DNA of 64,000 bases from a virus. Positions 9,432 to 18,827 of this stretch are shown here, in pieces. Made by a program: the position numbers and the translations under genes. Below the pieces are notes generated by a model. That model ran no database searches. It saw only the letters and a program-made list of their open reading frames with translations, and was not told where the DNA came from. Within the stretch, counting starts at the first letter, position 1. The number at the start of each line of letters is the position of its first letter. The stretch lies in the IMG/VR virus record IMGVR_UViG_3300027754_000075, positions 8,748 through 72,747 of that record; one strand, written 5' to 3'.

Positions 9432-11132
9432 ATGACCGAAGGAACATTATTTAACTCTGGATTTTTAGGAGCAAGTTTTAATTGGTGGATCGGACAGATT
9501 GCCGATGATTCTTATTGGAGAGATAATATTGTTTCTGGTAAATTTGATGATAAGAACAATGTTCCTGGATGGGGAAGAAGATATAAAGTTCGTATCATAG
9601 GTCTTCACGATCAAGAAGAAGAATCAATAGATTCGGATCAACTTCCCTGGGCCCAGGTAATGTATCCAATTACTGCTGGTGGAGGTCAGGCAAAGTCTGG
9701 AGCAACTTCGGCACTTCGTCAAGGAAACTTTGTATTTGGCTTCTTCTTGGATGGTGCCGATCAACAAGTTCCTGTAATTATGGGAGTGCTCGGTAATAAT
9801 GCCCAGACAGCACTGAATACTAAACCAGAGAATTATAAACCTTTCAGTGGATATTCAAAAGGAAAAGATCCGGATCCTAATATCAAAGTCCCTGCTGATG
9901 GACTTACAACAAAAAAACCTGGATCAAAACCTGCAAGTCCTAAATCTGGTGTAACTGCGGGTCCTGGTGGTCTAGATCCATCAAGAACACCAACTAAAAG
10001 AGAGTTTGCTGCCGCACAATCTGCAAGAGCAGAAGCAGCAGCAAGAGGTTTATCAAAAGAAGCAACAGAAGCATTAGTTGGAGAAAGAACAGTTGCCGCA
10101 ACAAAAGCAGAAGCAGCAGAATCTCAATCACCAACTTCTCCTACGCAACCAGGAGCAACGATTGAGCAACCAGATAATCCACATCTTATGTCTGTTGCCG
10201 ATATACAAAGAAACACTATGTATTTGGAAAAGATCGTAATCTTAAATCCTTGCGATTTGGTTGGGTCTGCACTGAAAGCAATTCAGACAGAAATAGATAA
10301 TCTTACAAAGAAAATTGATAGTGTTCTACAAGCAGCACAAAGTTATGTTGATGCTGCCTCAACTCTTATTAGTGACATACAAAAACTAATTGCAGATGTT
10401 GCTTGTATTATTGCAAAATATCTGAAAATGATTTTTGATAAGATTTTAGAATATATTCTCAAAAAAATAAATTGTGCTCTTGCACCAGCAACTGATGCAA
10501 TACCACCAAACTTAAGATTTAAGTTTTTTGATATTCGTGAAAAAATCACCGAATTGATTAATTGTTTATTCAGTAAAATTACAAATGGACTCTGTGGTCA
10601 GGTTCAGGGATTTTTAAACGATCAGACAGGAACCGGATCAAATTCTACACTTGATACAAAAACCATTATTCAAAATGGGTATACTACAACCACTCCGATT
10701 TGTTCTGTAGAAATTTTAACAGGGCAAATGATTGCACTTAATCTTCCACAAATTGTTGAGGGAATTGATACTTCTCTGAATAGTGTATCTAATTTTTTAG
10801 AAGACATTCAATCACTTCTGTCCGATGTGAGTGGAACAATTTCGGACATCTCTGGAATTGTAAATGGAATTTCTGGAAGTCTATCTGCTGCAATGAACTT
10901 TACAAATTTGAGTGTGAATATTTTTGGTTGTGATTTAGGATTAAGTTGTCCTGCATCAGATTATTATACTTTACAGGAGGGTTCTGGTGGTAGTGAAGAA
11001 GTGCAGTTACCAAGAATTCCTGCTGTTGCAGCATCTGCACAAAACCCTGTATCTGTAACTATCCCAGAAGAAGTTCCATATGCATCTCCGACATCAGAGA
11101 CCAAAGACGTAGATTATAGAGATTATGGATAA
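9432..11132 (+). CDS. gp5: baseplate hub/central spike N-terminal part (OB fold) with helical C-terminus
   Basis: FNWWIGQI...RYKVRIIGLH...LPWAQVMYP...VFGFFLDG.D.Q.PVIMG is the Gp5_OB signature. No lysozyme domain seen. Confidence 0.85.
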   Translation: MTEGTLFNSGFLGASFNWWIGQIADDSYWRDNIVSGKFDDKNNVPGWGRRYKVRIIGLHDQEEESIDSDQLPWAQVMYPITAGGGQAKSGATSALRQGNFVFGFFLDGADQQVPVIMGVLGNNAQTALNTKPENYKPFSGYSKGKDPDPNIKVPADGLTTKKPGSKPASPKSGVTAGPGGLDPSRTPTKREFAAAQSARAEAAARGLSKEATEALVGERTVAATKAEAAESQSPTSPTQPGATIEQPDNPHLMSVADIQRNTMYLEKIVILNPCDLVGSALKAIQTEIDNLTKKIDSVLQAAQSYVDAASTLISDIQKLIADVACIIAKYLKMIFDKILEYILKKINCALAPATDAIPPNLRFKFFDIREKITELINCLFSKITNGLCGQVQGFLNDQTGTGSNSTLDTKTIIQNGYTTTTPICSVEILTGQMIALNLPQIVEGIDTSLNSVSNFLEDIQSLLSDVSGTISDISGIVNGISGSLSAAMNFTNLSVNIFGCDLGLSCPASDYYTLQEGSGGSEEVQLPRIPAVAASAQNPVSVTIPEEVPYASPTSETKDVDYRDYG

Positions 11133-11169
11133 ATAGGTATATGAAAGAAAAAAGTAAGAATTTTAAATA

Positions 11170-14100
11170 ATGGCAACTCAAGAATCATTTCTTAATTTAT
11201 CATATGATACTAAAAACACGAGAATCAATCAACTAATTGATCAGATTTTTAAGGATGTTTCAGAGGATGACATTAAAGTTGGACTTATTGATCCGATTTT
11301 AGGATATGTTGTAGAAGTTAGTATTTGTGAGGCAAATGATTATGCAAAAGATAATCCTGGAACTGCCTTTATTTTTAGAGATGCAAATAATTCAATTCAA
11401 TATTTAAATATTAATGAAGTTAATGCCCTGACTCCAGAAGTTCTTGTTTCTTCTGCAAGTACTTGTAGTGGAATTCAGACTCGTAAAAAATGTGGAGAAG
11501 GACCACCAAGAATTCAATTTTTTGGTGGTGGTGGTGTTGGTGCTCAGGCAAATGCAATCGTAGGAGTTGATGGTGCGATTCTGGCAGTTGATGTAATTAC
11601 AGGTGGGTTTGGATATCAATATCCACCTATAGTGAGAGCAATTGATGAATGTCAGTATGGCAGTGGTGCTACTTTGTCATCAGAACTCGGTGAACTTTCA
11701 GAAACCTTCGTAACATTTGAAGACGAAAATGATTTTGAAGATTATGAAATCTGTCCAGATACAACTGTTGGATATGGTAGAAATTGGGGTCCTAATGGTG
11801 AAGATTTAGGTCCTTGGGAACCTGAAACTTATACAGATGTTGGTAAAGATCCTATTCGTGAAGAGATTGATGCCTATCAAAAATCACTTCTAAAAACAAG
11901 TAATCCATTTTGGACGACAAAATCAACTCCACCAAAATCAATTACTGCTGCGGGTAAAAAATATAACATTCCATATGTCGTCACAGACTTTAGGTGGAGT
12001 GATTTTATGAATCTATATGCCATTTCACCTGTTCCACCATCAAATGTAAGTGGAACTGATGAGGCAGGAAAACTTTTTGTCTTTGATTGGGATGTAGATT
12101 TTCCATACGATGGAGAATATACCTTTAGAGGATTATGTGATAATGTATCAAAATTATATGTAGATAATATTCAATTATTTGATCTTGGAAGTTTTAATGA
12201 TGCGGTGCGACCAACAAAAAAAGAATTAAAGGCAGGTCCACATAACATTCGTATTGATTTATTAAATCTTCCAATTTTAGAAGTTGAAAGAAAACAAAAT
12301 AAAAAACCAGATGTAATTAGACGACCTGGTTTTGATACGACTACAACGACAATTGAACCTGGAATTTATCTTGATTTAACTCAATATCGTGCCGATGAAG
12401 AAGTTTATTGTAATTTTGGAACATTATTTACTGATGGACCATCACTTAATATCCCTGAAGTTGGTATTGTGGAAGGAAGAACTGATGGATTTGCAGGAAA
12501 GGCAATTACTGTAGGTCCTGGAGCAAGACCTCTGGGTGGTGATTTTGGAGGAGAAGTATTTTTGAAGGGAGGAAGACTTTATGGTCCGATTACGATTGTT
12601 CCAAATCCAGAGTATAAACGATCTGATCTTTTTATTGGAATGGCTGCCGGAATGATTAATGATGCTAATGTTGAACTGAATCAAAATACTGCATTTTATG
12701 GATCAAACCAATCCTGGGTTCCGTATATATCTCACATTCAAAGTTTGACTGGTAGAGGTGCAGAAGGAGAAGGAAGTGGATTTGCTGGTACATTATTTCA
12801 GGAATCTTTGAATGCCTTTGCAATACTTGATAAATTTAGACCAGAAGATCCTGATAATAATAACTATACTCCTATTAAATATGAAGGAGTTACTTCTTTT
12901 ACTCTCACAACTTCAGGTGGATTTTTTAGAAGAATTACTCAACCAATCACCACATCATCAACTGTAAGAAAATCAACTTATGTAGAAATCGAAGAACCTG
13001 TATTTGAGGTTGTAGGAAATGCTACTGTAGATGTTCCAAGAGCATCAGCACCATCTACGATTCGAAATGAAAATATTTTTAATACCGTCGATTATATCTC
13101 AAAGGCAAATCGTACTCTTTGGAGAACAAATCCAGCAGCATCACTCACATCGGGTTTACTTGATCGTTATGGTGTATGTCCTTTTGATACTTCAAGTGCA
13201 GAGGCACAGGTTGAATCATTTGCAGGAATTCATACTATTATTTGGAATAATATAAACTTTCCGGTCACTGGTGATTATAGAATTCAAATTGCTGTGGATG
13301 ATAATGTCTCTCTTTATATTGGTGAAACTTTAATTCGTAAAGAAGGTTTTTATGCACCAGGAAAAAGAAATCCAGATTTAGATCAAGTTTATACATTCAA
13401 TCAAGGAAACTATACGATTCGTGCAGAGTTAGAAAATATTGAAGTTGGACCGATTGCTATAAGAAACCCAATGGTTCTTGCAGTCAATATTGAGACTACA
13501 TTTACAACCGGAGAAGTTGTATCCCCAAAATCTTTTAATGAAAATCCAATGGGAATTTCGGTGAGTATTGATGCCCCACCACTTCCTGTTCCAAAAGAAC
13601 CAGCACCAATTCAAACTGGAAGATGCCCTCCAAGTCCAATCTGGTCAACAAGATTGCCAACATCAAAGGAACAGTGGTATCCAGTGAGACGTACTACAGG
13701 TGATCCAACCAAGGGAACTGCCTGGTCCAAATTTATGAATCGGTATGCAATCTCACCAGTTCCACCATTTGATGTTGATGAAACTGATAGTGCAGGAGTT
13801 AATTTTATAAACACCTGGACTGTTGAACTTCCATATCCTGGATTTTATGGAGTTCGTGGAACTGTAGATAATAGTGGAAGAGTTTTAATTGATGGAAAAG
13901 AAGTATCAAAGTTAGATTCATTTGGTGTATCCAATCCAAGATTAGAAAAAGTTTATTTGGAAAAAGGATCTCATCAAATTGAAGTTGAAGTTTTTAATAC
14001 ACCTATAGAAAGAGCATTTGATATTCCAATCAAAGTTTTTAGTACCAGAGATTGGGAAGTATCTGTTCCATCCGCAGGACCATCGGTGAGTGATATAATA

Positions 14101-15999
14101 CTGGTCGATATGCTTCGGTATTATACTGAAGATTTTAGTGGACCAGCAGGTGCAACACACTTTTTTACCACTAATCCAGCAAACGAATTTATAGAAGGAA
14201 ATCTTTTAAAACCTGAAAATTCTCAAGGTTCTGCGTGGAAGATGTTTAAAGAATCTACAAATGTTGCCGGAACAGTTCCAGTGTATCGTTTATTTAATGG
14301 TGGAGATCACTTATATACAATTGATGGTGGTGAAAAAAGTTCTGCAATAAGAAGTGGATATTCCTTTGAAGGAATTGTTGGTCTTGTATACTCACAACCA
14401 GGACCAGATCGAATTGAAGTTTTTAGATTTTATAGACCTCCTGGAGTTGGTGGATCTGGTCCGATTCCAGGAGAACATTTTTATACTGCAGATACAAATG
14501 AAATACCAACATTACCTGCACTTGGTTATGTAAGTGAAGGTATTGCATTTTATGCTCCTACTGCAATACCAAATGCAGCACCTGCAAATACCGACACAAA
14601 AATTGCAACAAGACCTTATGGTTCCGGAACAAATAAAGATGGTGTGACTTATGAAGGTCCTGCTCTTGCAAGTTATGTTCCTGGTTTGATATCTCCGTTC
14701 TTTGAGAACACTCTGACTCCAACAGAAGAAATTCAGGGAAAAACATTTATTATGACTTGGAGAAATGTTGATTTCCCTGAAGATGGTAAATATAATCTAA
14801 CTGCACTAGCAGATGATTTAGTAATCGTTCGAGTTGATGGAGTAGAGGTAGGAAGGGCTAAGGTATTTGAGGACAGAAGAACATTTTTGTTTAATGCAAC
14901 AAAAGGAAAAAGAACAGTACAATTAGAACTTTCAAATATTAGAGTACCAAATACTGGATTCAGAGAAAATCCTGTGGTGACTTTTGTAGAGATTATTAAA
15001 AACTCATCAGTCAGTAAAGTTGCTCCTCTTCCCTGGACAACAAATCCTATTGGTGTTTCTGCGATTTTAATTCCACCACCCTGTCCTAAACTAGTTAAGG
15101 GAAAGGGAATTATATCAAGAGTGATTGTAGAAGATCCTGGAAATGGTTATGCCTGTCCTCCTGGACTAAAACTGAATCCAGAAACCGGAAAATGTGAACC
15201 TCCACCCAAAGAATGTCCTGAAGGTCAAACACTGGATCCAAAAACCGGAGAATGTATCAATCTTTGTCCAGATGATAAAGTATATGATAAAGTCACTAAA
15301 AAATGTATCACACCACCGATTGATTGTCCTCCAGGTCAGAAATATGACCCAGTAACTCAAAGATGTGTAGATTTACCACCAGGACCACAACCACCAGGAC
15401 CACAACCACCAACAGGTGAATTGCCCCCTCCACCACAATATCCTGTTTGTCTAATACTTGATGATGTAGTTGTCGAAAATCCTGGAATCAACTATAATTG
15501 TGGAGTAGATGAACTTCAAATTGTTCCGGATAATGGTGTAATTTTAGATTATGTTTGTGATTCTTTTGGAAGAATCTCTAGAGTCAAAATTCTAGATAAT
15601 GGTACTTGTTTCCCAGAATCTCCTACAATCACTATGGTATCGGATACTGGAGTGAATGCTTCCTTCCGACCAGTATTCAGAGTTGTAAGAGATCCGATTG
15701 ATCCTGCTCTGACCAGAGACAATCAGAAACTCATTCAGGTTACCGATCTTGTTGGTCTCAAACAAACTGGATACATAGATGGAAGACCTTATTATGGTGC
15801 CGTTTTCTATGAAAATGGTATTCGTTATGCAGGATACTATAAGACAGTCGGAACACTCATTCGTGTTTATGATACTCTTCAAGAAAGCATCACGGCAGAA
15901 GTCACAACTGCTCCAAGTGCAATTGAGAAGTTTGGTACCGATAACAATAGCAACAATCCCAGACTTAATATTCCTGGAACTCCCACAAACCTCATTTAA
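11170..15999 (+). CDS. large virion protein with PA14-like repeats, HFYT repeats and Cys/Pro-rich repeats
   Basis: Repeated FP.DG.Y....DD/DN...L.VD modules; HFFT/HLYT/HFYT triplet; four CP.G...D..T..C units. Confidence 0.7.
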   Translation: MATQESFLNLSYDTKNTRINQLIDQIFKDVSEDDIKVGLIDPILGYVVEVSICEANDYAKDNPGTAFIFRDANNSIQYLNINEVNALTPEVLVSSASTCSGIQTRKKCGEGPPRIQFFGGGGVGAQANAIVGVDGAILAVDVITGGFGYQYPPIVRAIDECQYGSGATLSSELGELSETFVTFEDENDFEDYEICPDTTVGYGRNWGPNGEDLGPWEPETYTDVGKDPIREEIDAYQKSLLKTSNPFWTTKSTPPKSITAAGKKYNIPYVVTDFRWSDFMNLYAISPVPPSNVSGTDEAGKLFVFDWDVDFPYDGEYTFRGLCDNVSKLYVDNIQLFDLGSFNDAVRPTKKELKAGPHNIRIDLLNLPILEVERKQNKKPDVIRRPGFDTTTTTIEPGIYLDLTQYRADEEVYCNFGTLFTDGPSLNIPEVGIVEGRTDGFAGKAITVGPGARPLGGDFGGEVFLKGGRLYGPITIVPNPEYKRSDLFIGMAAGMINDANVELNQNTAFYGSNQSWVPYISHIQSLTGRGAEGEGSGFAGTLFQESLNAFAILDKFRPEDPDNNNYTPIKYEGVTSFTLTTSGGFFRRITQPITTSSTVRKSTYVEIEEPVFEVVGNATVDVPRASAPSTIRNENIFNTVDYISKANRTLWRTNPAASLTSGLLDRYGVCPFDTSSAEAQVESFAGIHTIIWNNINFPVTGDYRIQIAVDDNVSLYIGETLIRKEGFYAPGKRNPDLDQVYTFNQGNYTIRAELENIEVGPIAIRNPMVLAVNIETTFTTGEVVSPKSFNENPMGISVSIDAPPLPVPKEPAPIQTGRCPPSPIWSTRLPTSKEQWYPVRRTTGDPTKGTAWSKFMNRYAISPVPPFDVDETDSAGVNFINTWTVELPYPGFYGVRGTVDNSGRVLIDGKEVSKLDSFGVSNPRLEKVYLEKGSHQIEVEVFNTPIERAFDIPIKVFSTRDWEVSVPSAGPSVSDIILVDMLRYYTEDFSGPAGATHFFTTNPANEFIEGNLLKPENSQGSAWKMFKESTNVAGTVPVYRLFNGGDHLYTIDGGEKSSAIRSGYSFEGIVGLVYSQPGPDRIEVFRFYRPPGVGGSGPIPGEHFYTADTNEIPTLPALGYVSEGIAFYAPTAIPNAAPANTDTKIATRPYGSGTNKDGVTYEGPALASYVPGLISPFFENTLTPTEEIQGKTFIMTWRNVDFPEDGKYNLTALADDLVIVRVDGVEVGRAKVFEDRRTFLFNATKGKRTVQLELSNIRVPNTGFRENPVVTFVEIIKNSSVSKVAPLPWTTNPIGVSAILIPPPCPKLVKGKGIISRVIVEDPGNGYACPPGLKLNPETGKCEPPPKECPEGQTLDPKTGECINLCPDDKVYDKVTKKCITPPIDCPPGQKYDPVTQRCVDLPPGPQPPGPQPPTGELPPPPQYPVCLILDDVVVENPGINYNCGVDELQIVPDNGVILDYVCDSFGRISRVKILDNGTCFPESPTITMVSDTGVNASFRPVFRVVRDPIDPALTRDNQKLIQVTDLVGLKQTGYIDGRPYYGAVFYENGIRYAGYYKTVGTLIRVYDTLQESITAEVTTAPSAIEKFGTDNNSNNPRLNIPGTPTNLI
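15150..15440 (+). repeat. four Cys-pair repeats followed by a Pro-rich PPGPQ tandem
   Basis: CPPGLKLNPETGKC, CPEGQTLDPKTGEC, CPDDKVYDKVTKKC, CPPGQKYDPVTQRC; ccaccaggaccacaa occurs twice. Confidence 0.85.
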
Positions 16000-16011
16000 T
16001 TTTTATATCTA

Positions 16012-16632
16012 ATGTCATCTGCAACAAATACTGTTAACGATAGATCTGGTAACACAACTTCTCACAAAACATATACTGCAAATTGTATTGGAAGTAATGA
16101 TCATGGATCAATTACTTTAGGTCATCTTCATAAACCAGGTGATGTAATTGCAGATGTTTTAATTCAGGCTTCTGATGGAAGACATTCGATTGTTCTAGAT
16201 AAGGATGGTCCCAGAAAAGCATGTACTCAAATCACTGCTCCAGGTAGAATTTCAATCGTATCGGGAGAAGATAAAAAGGAGGCAGAAGATACTTTGGTGA
16301 TTTGTGCAAAAAATGGAAACATTGACATTATTGCAAGAAATGGTAAAATTAGAATGCAAGCAACCGATATTGAAATGGTTGCTGTGGGTGAAGGAGGAAG
16401 CAAGGGAAATATTACAATGAATGCAAGTGAAAATATAAAAATGGACGGAAAAAAAGTTTTGGTAAATGCCAAGACTTTTCTAAAACTAGCAAGTCCTGGA
16501 AATGTAGAAATGGCAGCAAATAGTGGTATGAAAATATACTCATCAATGATTCGTCAAATTACTGATGCAGTTGCAGTCAAAGATAGTAAGGTTGGTGGAA
16601 AGGATTTTCAGTCTAAAGAATCTTGTAAATAA
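16012..16632 (+). CDS. gp5 C-terminal-like beta-helix spike protein
   Basis: Short alternating beta repeats (NGNIDIIARNGKIRMQATDIEM, GNITMNASENIKM); position in the hub module. Confidence 0.5.
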   Translation: MSSATNTVNDRSGNTTSHKTYTANCIGSNDHGSITLGHLHKPGDVIADVLIQASDGRHSIVLDKDGPRKACTQITAPGRISIVSGEDKKEAEDTLVICAKNGNIDIIARNGKIRMQATDIEMVAVGEGGSKGNITMNASENIKMDGKKVLVNAKTFLKLASPGNVEMAANSGMKIYSSMIRQITDAVAVKDSKVGGKDFQSKESCK

Positions 16633-16644
16633 GAGGTAAAACAA

Positions 16645-17307
16645 ATGTCAGATTGTGTAGATGATATTGCAGTAGGTGGACAACTTGTTGTAGGTGCTGG
16701 TGTACCAGTTGCACTTGGAGTTGGTCCCACAAAAATCAGAGGTTCTTCTTTTGTAGAAGGACCATTACAGGTTGGTGCGGCACAACAATTTTCAACCGCA
16801 CAGGCATCACTAATGGTCGGAATTTCTGCAAATGAAGATGTAAAAACTGCACCAATATATTCTCTTTGGTGTAAATTAATGGCAAGGTTTGAAAAATTTG
16901 TAAGAGTTGATGAACTTCTAAAATCAAGGTTTATTGAGGCAGATATTGTAAGAACAAGAATTCTTCAGGCATCAATCAAAAACTTTATTATTGACCATCC
17001 TACGAAACCAGAAAAGAAACTCATTCATTCTTGTTTAGAAGGTCCAGAAAACGCAGTATATTGTCGTGGAAAAGTTCTGAATCGAACAGAAATTGAACTC
17101 CCGGAATACTGGACAAAATTGATTGATGAAACTACTATTACAGTCTCTCTCACTCCAATTGGAGCACATCAGGATATTATTGTAAAAAGAATTGGGGATA
17201 ATAAGGTCTATCTTCAGTCCAAATCTGGAATTCCAATCAATTGTTTTTATCATATCTTTGCAACAAGAAGAGATGTAGAAATATTGATTACTGAGGTTGA
17301 TGCATAA
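16645..17307 (+). CDS. structural protein with C-terminal HP...LEGPE chaperone-like domain
   Basis: KNFIIDHPTKP..KLIHSCLEGPENAVY.RGK...IELPEYW; paralogous to the next gene. Confidence 0.55.
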   Translation: MSDCVDDIAVGGQLVVGAGVPVALGVGPTKIRGSSFVEGPLQVGAAQQFSTAQASLMVGISANEDVKTAPIYSLWCKLMARFEKFVRVDELLKSRFIEADIVRTRILQASIKNFIIDHPTKPEKKLIHSCLEGPENAVYCRGKVLNRTEIELPEYWTKLIDETTITVSLTPIGAHQDIIVKRIGDNKVYLQSKSGIPINCFYHIFATRRDVEILITEVDA

Positions 17308-18047
17308 TGGCATTTTCATTTCAGAATTATGGAACATTTTCGGGTCCCGGAGCACAATATACCTTTCGTCAAAATGATGATTTTACAAATATATTTGAGG
17401 ACCCAACATTTAATTTAGATGATGTCTCAATGGTACTCTTGAGTACTCCATCAGATTATGTTTACTTACATTTAGATGGTACAAGTACTGCAAATGTAAC
17501 TTTGGAAAGAAGCACTGGTCCGATTACACAATTTTTCGTTGATGCAACAACTTCATATTTTAATGGCAGTGTAACTATTGATCTAAATTTAAATGTTCTT
17601 GGAACATTAACTGTTTCTGGTGTTAACATAATCTCAGACATTAATCTTGCAAAAGCACTTCCTGCAAAACCGTTTGATATTCCACATCCCTCCAAACCAG
17701 AAACACATCGTCTGCGATATATTAGTTTAGAAGGACCAGAAATTGCAGTATATTTTCGTGGAAAATTGGAAGATACAAATGTAATTGAACTTCCAGAATA
17801 TTGGAAAGATTTGATTCATCTAGAGTCAATAAGTGTAAACTTAACACCATATGGAACTTATCAAGAACTTTATGTGGAAAAAATAGTCTGGGGACAAAAA
17901 ATCATAATCAAAAATAGAGAAAGTGGACCAACAAATTGTTATTTTACTGTTTATGCAGAAAGAAAAGATATGGAAAAATTGATTGTTGAATATGAGGGAA
18001 TATCTGTCAAAGATTATCCGGGACAAGATTGGTTAAATTTGAGATAA
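17307..18047 (+). CDS. structural protein with C-terminal HP...LEGPE chaperone-like domain
   Basis: KPFDIPHPSKP..RLRYISLEGPEIAVYFRGK...IELPEYW; TAATG-coupled to the previous gene. Confidence 0.55.
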   Translation: MAFSFQNYGTFSGPGAQYTFRQNDDFTNIFEDPTFNLDDVSMVLLSTPSDYVYLHLDGTSTANVTLERSTGPITQFFVDATTSYFNGSVTIDLNLNVLGTLTVSGVNIISDINLAKALPAKPFDIPHPSKPETHRLRYISLEGPEIAVYFRGKLEDTNVIELPEYWKDLIHLESISVNLTPYGTYQELYVEKIVWGQKIIIKNRESGPTNCYFTVYAERKDMEKLIVEYEGISVKDYPGQDWLNLR

Positions 18048-18052
18048 ATCCC

Positions 18053-18081
18053 TTGACAAAACCTCCCCAGTGTCCTATAAT
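18053..18081 (+). promoter_or_regulatory. sigma70-type early promoter
   Basis: Exact TTGACA-17nt-TATAAT. Confidence 0.85.
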
Positions 18082-18096
18082 ACATAAGCAATCAAA

Positions 18097-18285
18097 ATGA
18101 CTCAAATGCAAGAAGAGTATCTGACAAGATGCGTTGTAGACACCCTCAAAAGAACAGTATATTTGTATTCTAACGAAGGTGGTGAGAAGAAAGTGTCCTG
18201 TGACACTGTAGATGAGTTTATGAATGTATTACAATATGTTCGTAGTACATTAGAAGAAGATAAATTAGTATATACAGGCCCCTGA
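18097..18285 (+). CDS. small hypothetical protein
   Basis: 62-aa ORF immediately after the consensus promoter. Confidence 0.75.
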   Translation: MTQMQEEYLTRCVVDTLKRTVYLYSNEGGEKKVSCDTVDEFMNVLQYVRSTLEEDKLVYTGP

Positions 18286-18296
18286 TAAAACATAAA

Positions 18297-18464
18297 ATGT
18301 CATTACTATCACAAAAAGACAGACAACTTGCTCTCGAAGCACTAGATTTCTACTTATTCAGTAAAGGTAATGATTTTACTGAAGAAAAGAGGGCAGAAGT
18401 AAATGCTCTTCTGAATTGGGTTAACCTGGAATTCTATAAAAATGATCATAAATCTCTGGTATAA
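18297..18464 (+). CDS. small hypothetical protein (55 aa)
   Basis: Not in the ORF track. MSLLSQKDRQLALEALDFY...; operon-like spacing. Confidence 0.65.
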   Translation: MSLLSQKDRQLALEALDFYLFSKGNDFTEEKRAEVNALLNWVNLEFYKNDHKSLV

Positions 18465-18612
18465 TAAAGATATGAATCAGTGGAGATGGACACTTACAGA
18501 CCCATCCACTTTTGATATGGAATCGGGGCAAAGTTTAAATCTCCGTGATGCGATGAACGATGTTGCAAATACTGTTGAATATCTTATCAGTAAATCAAAA
18601 CAAAGTGAGTAA
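18442..18612 (+). CDS. small hypothetical protein (56 aa)
   Basis: Not in the ORF track. MIINLWYNKDMNQWRWTLTD...MESGQ...AMNDVANTVEYL; overlaps the previous ORF. Confidence 0.65.
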   Translation: MIINLWYNKDMNQWRWTLTDPSTFDMESGQSLNLRDAMNDVANTVEYLISKSKQSE

Positions 18613-18757
18613 TATTACTCACAAAAATCATACATAAAAGAGTAAGCAAGAATTTTTACTCGTGGATTATTTTCACGCATTTCTTTTAAGTTATTCTGTA
18701 ATGATATGTGCTCTTATCATTAAAATATCCAGATATTAAACTTTCTTTTTGTAAATC

Positions 18758-18783
18758 CAAAACCTCCAATGAAGGAGGTTTTG
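18758..18783 (+). terminator. hairpin terminator ending the small early operon
   Basis: CAAAACCTCC-aatgaa-GGAGGTTTTG, 10-bp stem. Confidence 0.65.
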
Positions 18784-18790
18784 TTGTATG

Positions 18791-18797
18791 ATAAATA
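18791..18797 (+). promoter_or_regulatory. late promoter core ATAAATA
   Basis: 30 nt upstream of the 18828 start; the motif recurs before most structural genes. Confidence 0.65.
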
Positions 18798-18827
18798 ACT
18801 TATAACGGAAACTATAAGTAATAAAAA

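Noticed and set aside
18615-18757. Possible decayed minus-strand gene (…KEMRENNPRVKILAYSFMYDFCE*)
   Set aside because: Too short and interrupted to support without a homology search.
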